Assembly (NCBI RefSeq): GCF_006345805.1
Contig: NC_043001.1
Coordinates: 12,772,001 to 12,836,000 of the forward strand
Source of the DNA: Octopus sinensis
Lineage: Eukaryota
Direction: 5' to 3'
DNA: 64,000 nucleotides
Position 1 is the stretch's first letter. Each line of letters begins with the position of its first letter. Shown here one piece after another: positions 53,679-64,000 of this stretch. The position numbers were made by a program, and so were the translations under genes. The notes below the pieces were generated by a model that did no database searches, was not told where the DNA came from, and worked only from the letters and a program-made list of their open reading frames with translations.

Positions 53679-53680
53679 CA
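53500..53680 (-). mobile_element. SINE family A, central/3' fragment
   Basis: GTAAGCCTAGTACTTATTCTATCGG...CACCAGCATCGG. Confidence 0.8.
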
Positions 53681-53682
53681 TA

Positions 53683-54173
53683 CTGTGCGTTACCTTTTGT
53701 TTGTTTGTGCGCATGTGTGGGTCAGTGTGTGTGCGTGTGCCTATGTATGCCTGCATGTACGTATGTATGTGTGTATGTATGTTTGCATGTGTATGTACGT
53801 ATATATGTCTGTGTTGGCATATGTATATATGTATGTGTGCATCTGTATGTGATTGTGTATATGGTCATGGGACCATATACACACACACTTTACTCCACAC
53901 AAGGACACATATGATGCATACATATACAAACAGATGCTCACACACACATGCATAGTAAAATATACAACACGGACATGCAAGCACATGAATATGCAGGATA
54001 TGTACATACAGATGTACAGACATACATACATATATGCATACAAACACACACATATACATACATGCACATTCAAACATACATACACACATACATACGTACA
54101 TGCATGCATGTATAAGCACACACATACACTGACCCTCACACATGTGCACAAACAAGCAAAAGGTAACGCACTG
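53683..54173. mobile_element. MITE-like fold-back element, CAGTG-type ends, TA flanks, microsatellite-like arms
   Basis: TA|CTGTGCGTTACCTTTTG...CAAAAGGTAACGCACTG|TA; about 110-bp arms; 13-bp central hairpin 53854-53883. Confidence 0.7.
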
Positions 54174-54384
54174 TAAATAATGGACAGAGTCAAGACTATT
54201 GAAAAGGTTGCAAGACGCAACGAAAATTTAGGAAAGTAAAAATAAGAAATAAGTGGAAATTGTACCGGTGACAAAATGACTCTCTCCAGACACAACAGAA
54301 TATGCTTCAATACACAGAACTCATATAAAGAATCTTGCAAACCAAGTCCAAAAAGAAATACATATATATATATTTAATATATAT

Positions 54385-54428
<44 letters not shown>

Positions 54429-54507
54429 AATAGCTTTTCTGATATTTTTTCACTTTAATAATTATATGTTTATAAGTTTACAAAAGTAAAAATACAGAAC
54501 ACTTAAC

Positions 54508-54612
54508 AGATTAGCTTCGGCAGTATATATTTTAAAATTGGATCGTTACGGAGTAGACTTGCACGGATTCTGAGCAAGGATGATATGCAATTTTGTGAAG
54601 TTGCAAACATCT
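54508..54612 (+). pseudogene. U6: Degenerate U6 snRNA copy
   Basis: Ungapped match to U6 over 54514-54600, about 19 mismatches in 87 nt by eye against the remembered U6 sequence; ACAGAGA box mutated to ACGGAGT. Confidence 0.88.
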
Positions 54613-54789
54613 AATTCTTAAAGTGGGAAAATTATCAGAAAAGCCATTTCTATTCATTTCTTTTTTTCAAATACATGATATTGTACCAAATAGTGTCTAT
54701 TTCTTATTTTACGATATATGTATGTGTATATATACGTATATTTATATACCCACGCAGACACACACACACACGCATATATATATATATTT

Positions 54790-55030
54790 TTTTTATCTTA
54801 TATTAAACTTTTTAATACTTTTTAATAGTTATATATTTTTTATATAAAAAAAATTATAAATATAATTATAAATATAAATTAATAATTTTAATTTTAATTT
54901 TAATAATTTTAATTTTTTTAATTTCATATTTTATATATTTTGTATATTATATTAATTATTTTTATGTTTTGGTTTATGTTTTTCATTGTTTGATTTGCCT
55001 AATAGTGGTTTTATCCCTAATTTAATTTAT
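54790..55030 (-). repeat. Second copy of the AT-rich (TA)n-embedded repeat
   Basis: Inverted relative to 51393-51658. Confidence 0.75.
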
Positions 55031-55106
55031 ATATATATGCATACATACACACACAGACACACACATATATATATACATATACATATACATATATATATAC
55101 ATATAC

Positions 55107-55158
<52 letters not shown>

Positions 55159-55232
55159 CGTGGAGTGTGTTCTTGTGTTTGTTTCAGCTGCATATCTATA
55201 CGTATGCGTGTGTAAACAATGTTTGGCATTAT

Positions 55233-55435
55233 ATAAGGGATAACGACCCCGTTTGGTCATGAATGACAATGGGATTGCACATGAAAAGTACCCCTTGGAG
55301 GTACACAAATCAGCGCAAGGTAGTTTATGGAAAACAAGCAGTCGACGATCCATAACAACCTCCCCACTCCATGCGACTAATGTTGTCCAATGGAATGGCA
55401 AATACCGATATAGTTTGGCAACAGTGATTTCGCAA
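55233..55435 (-). mobile_element. Degenerate SINE family D 3' half
   Basis: GGTCATGAATGACAATGGGATTGCAC is the reverse complement of the D tail. Confidence 0.75.
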
Positions 55436-55759
55436 ATCAATTCTAGAAGTGTGTGAACTGGAAAAACGTGAACTTAAATGCCTTATGCAATAACATTACA
55501 CACAGCCCGGTCTAGAAATCACTCCCTTTGATCATTAGCCTGACGATCTAACCCAGGATTTCACAAACTTTTTTTCCGGTGCCCCACATTTTAGTAACAC
55601 AATTTCCGGTTCTCTCCTTTTTGAAAAAAAATTTGTACCCATCAACATTTTTTTATTTTTAATATAGAAATACGATCATCAATTCAATTACCTGGCTGAT
55701 GGATACCTCGACTCAATGGTGAGTGGAAACCTCTGCTGCTTTACAAACGCTTGTTACTA

Positions 55760-55786
55760 GATAGATAGGTAGATAGATAGATAGAT

Positions 55787-55827
<41 letters not shown>

Positions 55828-55878
55828 CATACATACATACATACATACATAGACAGACATACAGACAGACAGACAGAC

Positions 55879-55949
<71 letters not shown>

Positions 55950-56019
55950 CAGATGATAGATAAATAGAGAGACAGACAGACAGACAGACATACAGACAGA
56001 TAGATAGATAGATAAACAA

Positions 56020-56057
<38 letters not shown>

Positions 56058-56094
56058 GATAAACAAATAGATAGATAGATAGATAGATAAACAA

Positions 56095-56154
<60 letters not shown>

Positions 56155-56234
56155 GGAGAGATAGATGGATTGATAGATAAACAGACAAATAGACAGGCAG
56201 ACAGACAGACAGACAGACAGACAGATAGATAGAT

Positions 56235-56277
<43 letters not shown>

Positions 56278-56290
56278 TAGACAGACAGAC

Positions 56291-56337
<47 letters not shown>

Positions 56338-56345
56338 TAGACAAT
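55760..56345. repeat. (GATA)n/(GACA)n microsatellite
   Basis: Direct reading. Confidence 0.97.
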
Positions 56346-56689
56346 AGATAGGGAAACAGAGAAGCGAACGCCTAACAAATGCAAATACCTCACTCGGTAT
56401 GGTGTTTGGTCGCAGCTACATCGATTCCCATGCTTTAAGTAGAAATATTCCGTGGCGATTTTTGTTTGCATTTCAATGTTGAAGATAGGCTTAGGGTCGA
56501 CAAGAATGTGCAAAAAGTTTCACAACCCACGCTAACGCATACCCCACTCCAATTTTCCTACACCTCACGTTGGAAAACACCGATCTAACTGAGCCATGCG
56601 CCTTCCCGTAGCATCACATATGAGCGAACTATACAACTGACATGATTAAAATCAGAAGCATAAAATGTAAAGATGCTTTTTAAATAAAC

Positions 56690-56878
56690 TATTTCTTTAC
56701 TACCCACAAGGGGCTAAACACAGAGAGGACAAACAAGGACAGACACACGGATTAAGTCGATTACATCGACTCCAGTGCATAACTGGTACTTAATTTATCG
56801 ACCCCGAAGGATGAATAGCAAAGTCGACCTCGGCGGAATTTGAACTCAGAACGTAGCATCAGACGAAATACCGCTTAT
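56690..56878 (-). mobile_element. SINE family C, headless unit
   Basis: Homology to 36024-36205. Confidence 0.88.
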
Positions 56879-57525
56879 GCTTTTTAAATAATCGTTACAG
56901 TATTTGTTCTGCATTAAGTTACTCCTACTCCCATGCAATTATAATGACATTTTTCTAAAGGAACCTTTATCTACGAGAGTATTGTTTAAAAATTGCATTA
57001 CTATATGAATAAATATTTGATAATTCAGTTATAAGTAATATTGTTCCATTGTTCATATTTATACCTAATAGTGTTTACATTTCTTATATCTATTCGATCG
57101 TCTATACAAGGAATGGAAATATGGATTATAACGTATAATGGATGTTAAGCTACACGTTGAATAAATACCGACCTAAGCATTAAATCATGTAGATATATTA
57201 TATCTTTACTTTATTTCTATTCCAAGGGAAAAACAGAAAATATTTTTGTTTAAAAAAAATAAATCATTTAAAGATTGTCTGAAACTTAATACGATGTATT
57301 GTGAATAGCTGAATCGCCGAGGGCATCCAGTCCCAACATGTCTCGCCGATTGAAATGCACAAAAAATATTGAATAATTGTGCTTTGTAATAATGCAGCCA
57401 TTGATCGAATTATAAAAAAAAAAAATTTTAATTAAAATGTGATAGCTTCTATTCATTCTGTACAATTCGACACACTGTTCAATAATTTTGTTTATCGATT
57501 CTTGAAAAAGAACTCTCTCTCTATT

Positions 57526-57556
<31 letters not shown>

Positions 57557-57639
57557 GTGTCTATCTATCTCAATATCTCTCTGTCTTTCCATTTCTCTCT
57601 TTGTCACACTCACGTCATACACACATATATATGTCTACA

Positions 57640-57685
57640 AATATATATATATGTCTACAAATATATATATATATTATATATATTA

Positions 57686-57741
<56 letters not shown>

Positions 57742-57888
57742 GAATATATATATATATATATACATATATATACATATATGTATATGTATATATATATATA
57801 TATGCATATATAGACATATATATACATATATATACACACACATATATATTTATATACATATATATACATATACATAGATATATATATA

Positions 57889-57933
<45 letters not shown>

Positions 57934-57964
57934 TATATTATATATATTATATATATATATAGAT

Positions 57965-58005
<41 letters not shown>
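57640..58005. repeat. (TA)n compound microsatellite
   Basis: Direct reading. Confidence 0.96.
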
Positions 58006-58007
<2 letters not shown>

Positions 58008-58621
58008 GCACACATATAGTAGCTGCTGTCGAATTGGCACTGAATGCATAGCATATAATAATAAAATATAACACATTCATGTATTTTCTGTAATTGATAC
58101 CAACGTATTTACATATATGCATAGATACATGCGTGTGAGAGAGAGAAAGAGAAAGACGCAGAGGGAAAGATAGTGTATATCGTTGTTTGCGCATGCGTTA
58201 GTGTCTGTGTTTGTTTCGCAACCATGGATTTTTTTTTTTTTTTTTGGTTTTACTTCAGACTTTGTCTAATGAAATGTCAAATCGCACAACTCTACATCCT
58301 TTCAAACTACAGTGAAACTAGACGCGTTTATATTCAATTTTAAGTCGGAAATGAATAAAGAAGCTTCTTTGAATAGGCAAATTAAATCGAATGCATACGA
58401 TAACAAAAAAATATTTTGATTTCAAAATATATTGAAATTAAGTAGTTATTAATTTGAAAATGAAATGCTTCACAAAGAAAACACAGCGGTAAAATTGTTT
58501 ATTATCAGGTGAAAAATACCTTCCATGAACTACATTACTTTCCCTGAAAGGAAGTTTTTTTCTATGTACATAAACTTTGAAGAACAAAATTCTACAGTGG
58601 CAACAAGTATTCTGATATTGT

Positions 58622-59005
58622 GTGGAAGCACTCCGTCGGTTACGACGACGAAGGTTCCGGTTGATCCGAATCAGCGGAACAGCCTGCTCGTGAAATTAAC
58701 GTGTAAGTGTCTGAGCACTCCACAGATACTTGTACCCTTAACGTAGTTCTCGGGGATATTCAGCGTGACAGAGAGAGTGACAAGGCCGGCTCTTTGAAAT
58801 ACAGGTACAACAGAAACAGGAAGTAAGAGTGAGAGAAAGTTGTGGTGAAAGAGTACAGCAGGGATCACCACCATCCCCTGCCGGAGCCTCGTGGAGCTTT
58901 AGGTGTTTTCGCTCAATAAACACTCGCAACGCCCGGTCTGGGATTCGAAACCGCGATCCTATGACCACGCGTCCGCTGCCCTAACCGCTGGGCCATTGCG
59001 CCTCC
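58622..59005 (-). mobile_element. SINE family B, full length
   Basis: Flanking TCTGAT(A/G)TTGT repeat. Confidence 0.92.
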
Positions 59006-59136
59006 GCTCTGATGTTGTATACACCCACACGCACTGATATATCTCCCGTAAGGTGAGTGGGTTTATTTTCTCAGAAAGAATTGTGCATTTACAATTCGTG
59101 ATAACTTCCTCCGTTGTATTTCACTATTTGATATGC

Positions 59137-59390
59137 GGAAGGCGGCGAGCTGGCAGAAACTTTAGCACGCCGGGTGAAATACGTAGCCGTATTTCGTCTG
59201 CCGTTACGTTGTGAGTTCAAATTCTGCTGAGATAGATACATAAATGGATAGGTCGGCTTTGCCTTTCATCCTTTCGGGGTCGATAAATTTAGTACCAGTT
59301 ACACACTGGGATCGTTGTAATCGACTTAAATCGTTTGTCTGTCCTTGTTTGTCCCCTCTGTGTTTAACCCCTTGTGGGTAGTAAAAAATA
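59137..59390 (+). mobile_element. SINE family C, full length, 22-bp TSD
   Basis: TGTATTTCACTATTTGATATGC at 59115 and 59391. Confidence 0.93.
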
Positions 59391-59492
59391 TGTATTTCAC
59401 TATTTGATATGCCTCCTCCATCGTTTGGCGTACAAGCGTTTCTCCAAGGAATATTTTCTTTCTCTTTCACTGTTCCATAGAAAATACATATT

Positions 59493-59690
59493 TATTTCTT
59501 TACTACCCACAAGGAGCTAAGGGATTACATCGACCCCAGTGCGAAATTGGTACTTTATTTAATCGACCCCGAAAGGATGAAAGGCAAAGTCGACCTCGGC
59601 GGAATTTAAACTCACAACGTAACGACAGGCGAAATACCGCTTAGCATTTCGCCCTGCGCGCTAACGTGTCTGACATCTCGCCGCCTTACG
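59493..59690 (-). mobile_element. SINE family C, internally deleted, 15-bp TSD
   Basis: TAGAAAATACATATT at 59478 and 59691. Confidence 0.9.
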
Positions 59691-59723
59691 TAGAAAATAC
59701 ATATTGTCTGAGTGTGTGTGTGT

Positions 59724-59993
59724 AGGTGTATTAGAACCCGTGAATGTAAAACGGAGGGTGCAAGGTTGTATATATGTATTAATTTATGTATAGGTGTAGC
59801 TGTATTACAACCCGTGAATATATAACGGAGTATGCATGTACATTATTTACATTTGACGAATATTTGTCCTCATCTTGTTTGTTGTTAAGACATCATTTCG
59901 GCTGATATACTCCCCAGCCAACATCAGTTGTCTTGGGGGAATATGGAACCTTGGTTCTCATTTCTAAGGTATCTTACGATGTTGTTGTTGTTG

Positions 59994-60068
<75 letters not shown>

Positions 60069-60425
60069 TCACTGCTTGGAATCGATCTGGGAATCTTGGG
60101 GTTAGTAGCCCGCGATCTTAACCACTACGCCGAGTTCGATTCCAGGCAGTACCTAGAATAATAACATCGACAAATATCTTAGGAATAAGAACCCAGGTTC
60201 GAAATTTTCCCAAGACACCTGAGGAAGGCTGGAGGGTATATCAGCCGAAACGTTATATTAACAATAAACAAGATGAGGACAAATATCCCTCAACAATGTA
60301 AATAATGTAACTAATACCTCATCTCTTAAATATAGAACTAGAGCATGCATAGTTGTATATATTACTAATTTATGTAGGTGTATTAGAACCCGTGAATGTA
60401 TAACGAAGCGTGCATAGTTATATCG
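59724..60425. repeat. Minisatellite of about 67 bp (about 3 units) split by a family F insertion
   Basis: Unit GGTGTATTAGAACCCGTGAATGTATAACGGAGCGTGCATAGTTGTATAT... Confidence 0.8.
59838..60339. mobile_element. Family F inverted composite: tail-truncated minus copy, then plus copy from B box to full 3' end
   Basis: Junction CCACTACG|CC|GAGTTCGATTCC at about 60130; flanking GAG(T/C)ATGCAT. Confidence 0.88.
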
Positions 60426-60533
60426 TACCAGGCAAATTACCCCGCTAGGACAGTTACCCGCCTCCATAGGATAATTTTCCCCGACGACAACTAACCTCTA
60501 GGACAATTCCCATCCCCGATTAGTTGACCTCTC

Positions 60534-60950
60534 GGATCATTTCGGTTTGAACAGCAGTTTTTTTCTAGCGGTGTCATATGAAATTGTCACCCATAATTAT
60601 GACCCTAGAATTGATCTATTGCATTTCAATTTGTTTTAGGGTTAGGGGTAGGGGTGGGGGAAGGGTATTTTTTCTTCTTCACAAATGTAAATAAACCCAA
60701 TCTGTTTCTTAAACGAGGGACATATTCATACGGCACGGAAAGCTTTTTAACTCAATAGACATCACTGATTGATTGAAATTGCAGAAATGGAAGAAAAACA
60801 GCAACAAATATCTTACAAACTATAGAATTTTCTCAATAAAGCCAAGAGAAAAAGATGTTTTATAAACACATTCTACCAGTACACGAAGTTTAAAATTTCT
60901 TAGTTACCTAGAAATTAAGTTAAAAACTGCCGTTCAAACCGAAAAGATCC
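60534..60950. mobile_element. MITE with GGATC...GATCC 29-bp TIRs, related to 28287-29025
   Basis: GGATCATTTCGGTTTGAACAGCAGTTTTT / AAAAACTGCCGTTCAAACCGAAAAGATCC. Confidence 0.85.
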
Positions 60951-61186
60951 AAACTCTCTCCAATATATTAGGACATGTTAAATCATCATTTGTAGTTTTA
61001 TACATGTGTGTATGTGTACGTATTAATTTATCTATGCATGCATGGTTGTATACAATTTATGTATGGACGTTATTGTGCATGGGTATATGCGTGAGAGAGC
61101 GTAGGCGTAATCAGCGCTAAACCACCGGGCATAAAGCAAACAATATCTTTATATTAAACTTGAGTATGGAAAAGAAGAACTTCTCA

Positions 61187-61552
61187 TCTCTCTATATATA
61201 AACGGCAGTTTGTCTGTGTGTCTGTCTGTGTGTCTGTTAGCTTGTACCCTCACCCTGACCACGGCTTTCAACCGATTCGGATGAAACTTGACACACACAT
61301 AGCCCAATGTCATAATTCAAAACTAACGCAGCGAAAATTTTGTTCCCCCAGTTCTGAAAAAATCGATAAATTCGACATGGGGTCGAGAATCAGAAACACA
61401 AACCACAGACTGTCTAGGGGACGCAACTCGACCTTTTTAACTCTCAAAAAAATTTACCATCATTTTTTTGCTATTTTTTGGCTATAACTCACTAAAAATG
61501 CTTTAGAGTTATTTCCCTTACAAACCCGAGCAACGCCGGGCGAAACTGCTAG
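61187..61552 (+). mobile_element. Non-autonomous Helitron
   Basis: A|TCTCTCTATATATAAACGG...ACCGATTCGGATGAAACTTG...CCCGAGCAACGCCGGGCGAAACTGCTAG|T. Confidence 0.88.
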
Positions 61553-61871
61553 TCGAATATAAACGTCAGAGTTACTACACTGGCGCACACATTCACACAC
61601 AAAGACACACGTAATTACACAGTGAAATAAATGTACTGTAATCAAGATACACTGGAATATATGGGACTTCCTTTCCACGATTAGAATTACTCTATAACAG
61701 GATTATAGATATGAAAAATGATACATCTTTTCATGCACATATGGCTAAGACAGCAACGATACGTAGATGACTGTCCAGATGGATTCAGAGAAGTCTCAGA
61801 ACTAGAAACCGAGAAATCATGTTCATCTGTTTAAGATACCTGTTCTTGGAAAGTTAGTTTTCTGTTCTTAA

Positions 61872-62753
61872 ATATGGTCAACATAGCGCGAGCTGTACAA
61901 AGCCGGATTTCACGGGAGGGCTGCAATCAGAAAATCACTACTTTCAAAACCAAACGTTGCAAACCTACAGAATTTTCCCTAGAGCAGTGGAAAAATATTA
62001 TTTTCTCGGACGAGTCATATTTACATTATTTCCGACCACCAGCCGGGTATACGTGTAGAGACAGCCAAAAGAATCATCAGGGCAATTACCCCGCTAGGAC
62101 AGTTACCCGCTTCCATAGGATAATTCCCCCCAACGACAACTACCCCTTAGGACAATTACCTTCCTCGGTTAGTTAACCCCTCTCCAATATATTAAGAAAT
62201 TTGTCCTTGGTGGGGAGTGACTCGGCTATATATATGTGTGTGTGCGTTAAACATGGAGGAGGATCTGCAGGGATATATCTTGGAAAACTGCCGGCCCAAT
62301 GGTTTCCCGTCATGGCAGAATTAATAACCAAGAACATTTAAGCATTTTATCTGATCAAATTCATCCTATGGTTGCGTAACTGTTTCCGGAGGGAAGCTCA
62401 ATTTTCCAGAATGGTAATGCACCAATTCACACAGCTAAAGTTGCTACTGAATGACACGAGGAACATTCTAGTGAAGTTAAACATCTCATCTGGACACTAC
62501 ATTTCCAGGGTCTCAATATTATTAAACATTTATGATGCGTTTAGAAAAACAAGTCAGGATTCGATCCCTCCACCATCATCACTACAAGAACGGGAGACCG
62601 ATTTAACTGAAGAATGGACAAACATTCAAACCTTATACGAGTCCATATCTCGTAGAATTGAAGGTGTAATTTCTGCCAAAGGCTGTCCTACCCCATATTA
62701 AAATAGATTCGTTTGAAATTTTAAGGTGTTTGTATTATTTTGTCCAACCCCTG
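61872..62753 (+). mobile_element. Degenerate Tc1-family transposon (DD34E region plus right TIR)
   Basis: WKNIIFSDES; VKHGGGS; FQNGNAPIHTAKV; LYESISRRIEGVISAKGCPTPY*; end TTTTGTCCAACCCCTG|TA. Confidence 0.9.
62078..62196 (+). repeat. Short repeat built of GGACAATTACC-like motifs, inserted in the Tc1
   Basis: Uninterrupted paralogue of 60429-60533 plus 60951-60970. Confidence 0.8.
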
Positions 62754-62866
62754 TATGTATGTATGTATAATGAATGGTACTAGAGGAAACACCGGCATGC
62801 TGAAATGCTAAGCTGCTGCTGATGTTGCTGTTGACAATATCTTTATATATATATATATATGGTTCC

Positions 62867-62930
62867 GACTGAACCCGGAACCATGTGGTTGGTAAGCAAG
62901 CTACTTACCACACAGCCACTCCTGCGACTA

Positions 62931-62977
<47 letters not shown>

Positions 62978-62988
62978 TATATATTATA

Positions 62989-63044
<56 letters not shown>

Positions 63045-63422
63045 TATATACGAACCACATGGTTCCGGGTTCAGTCCCAATGCGTGGCATCTTGGGCGAA
63101 TGTCTTCTAGTATAGCCTCGGGCCGACCAAAGCCTTGTGAGTGGATTCGGTAAACGGAAACTGAAAGAAGCCCGTCGTATGTATGTATATATATATATAT
63201 ATATAGGTATGTGTGTGTATATCTTAGTGTGTCTGTTTTTGCCCCCCCCCCAACATCGCTTGACAACCAATGCTGGTGTATTTACGTCCCCGTAACTTAG
63301 CGGTTGGGCAAAAGGGACCGATAGAATAAGTACTGGGCTTAGAAAGTCGATTTGCTTTACTAAAGGCGGTGCTCCAGCATGGCCGCAGTCAAATGACTGA
63401 AACAAGTAAAAGAGAAAGAGAA
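62867..63422. mobile_element. SINE family A head (minus, 62867-62929) head-to-head with a headless plus copy (63053-63422)
   Basis: 24-bp inverted overlap separated by (TA)n. Confidence 0.88.
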
Positions 63423-63431
63423 ATAAATATA

Positions 63432-63480
<49 letters not shown>

Positions 63481-64000
63481 CACACAGACACAGATGTTTA
63501 TGAATCATAGTTGAAAATTGAAATGATACGTTGTCATTTCCTGTAAGTGGCTGTTCATGGTATGCTACATGTTAGAATTTGTGTTGGGTTAGCTTCTGTT
63601 AAGCACTACATGAACAATATCTATTCGCCGCCCCAAAAAAGGCAACCGCTGTATACGCTAAATCGTAATATGTTTCTTCAGCTGCACAGGGCCAAGATAT
63701 TAAAACCACGCAGTGAATGATTCACGTGTAATGACAAACCTGTATTATATGCTTAGTTGTCATCTCATCTGATTTGTCTAATTAGCTGTAAACCAAGAGC
63801 TTTCCAATGAGTTTATCGTATTTGTAAGGAAGCATGACACCAGAACAAAGCCAACTATCTCGTCAAGCCGCTGCACTAACAGTAAGTAATAACCTGAAAA
63901 TATATTTTCTTTGTTTGCTTGTCGTATTTGCGTCTTGTACAGCTACTTAACACTTTTCCTAGCGAAAACAGAGCCATTATAATTCACCTAGCGAGGTTCC

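Noticed and set aside
55713-56513. Longest ORF (266 aa, SIYL/SVCL repeats)
   Set aside because: Reverse strand of (GATA)n/(GACA)n; no complex sequence.

Overview
AT-rich eukaryotic, repeat-dominated window. The repeat landscape most resembles a cephalopod (Octopus-like) genome; this is an inference. No host protein-coding gene can be named. Nearly all long ORFs in the track are microsatellite artefacts, and only weak candidate exons exist. Recognisable content: several tRNA-headed SINE families (my labels A-D), and fossil RTE, R4/Dong, Penelope (GIY-YIG), mariner and Tc1 coding remnants. There are also four non-autonomous Helitron-like elements, several fold-back MITEs and a degenerate U6 snRNA copy. 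Main hidden signal: three unrelated families of small elements carry type I hammerhead ribozyme folds. (F) is a tRNA/Pol III-headed SINE-like element with a minimal Penelope-type hammerhead; it repeatedly integrates as an inverted double copy flanked by 10-13 bp target-site duplications. The second is a hammerhead at the centre of a 129-bp palindrome inside (TA)n. The third is a retrozyme-like 200-nt unit bounded by two hammerhead copies. Two local templated duplication/inversion events are also visible. All folds and alignments were done by eye; coordinates of degenerate ends are approximate.
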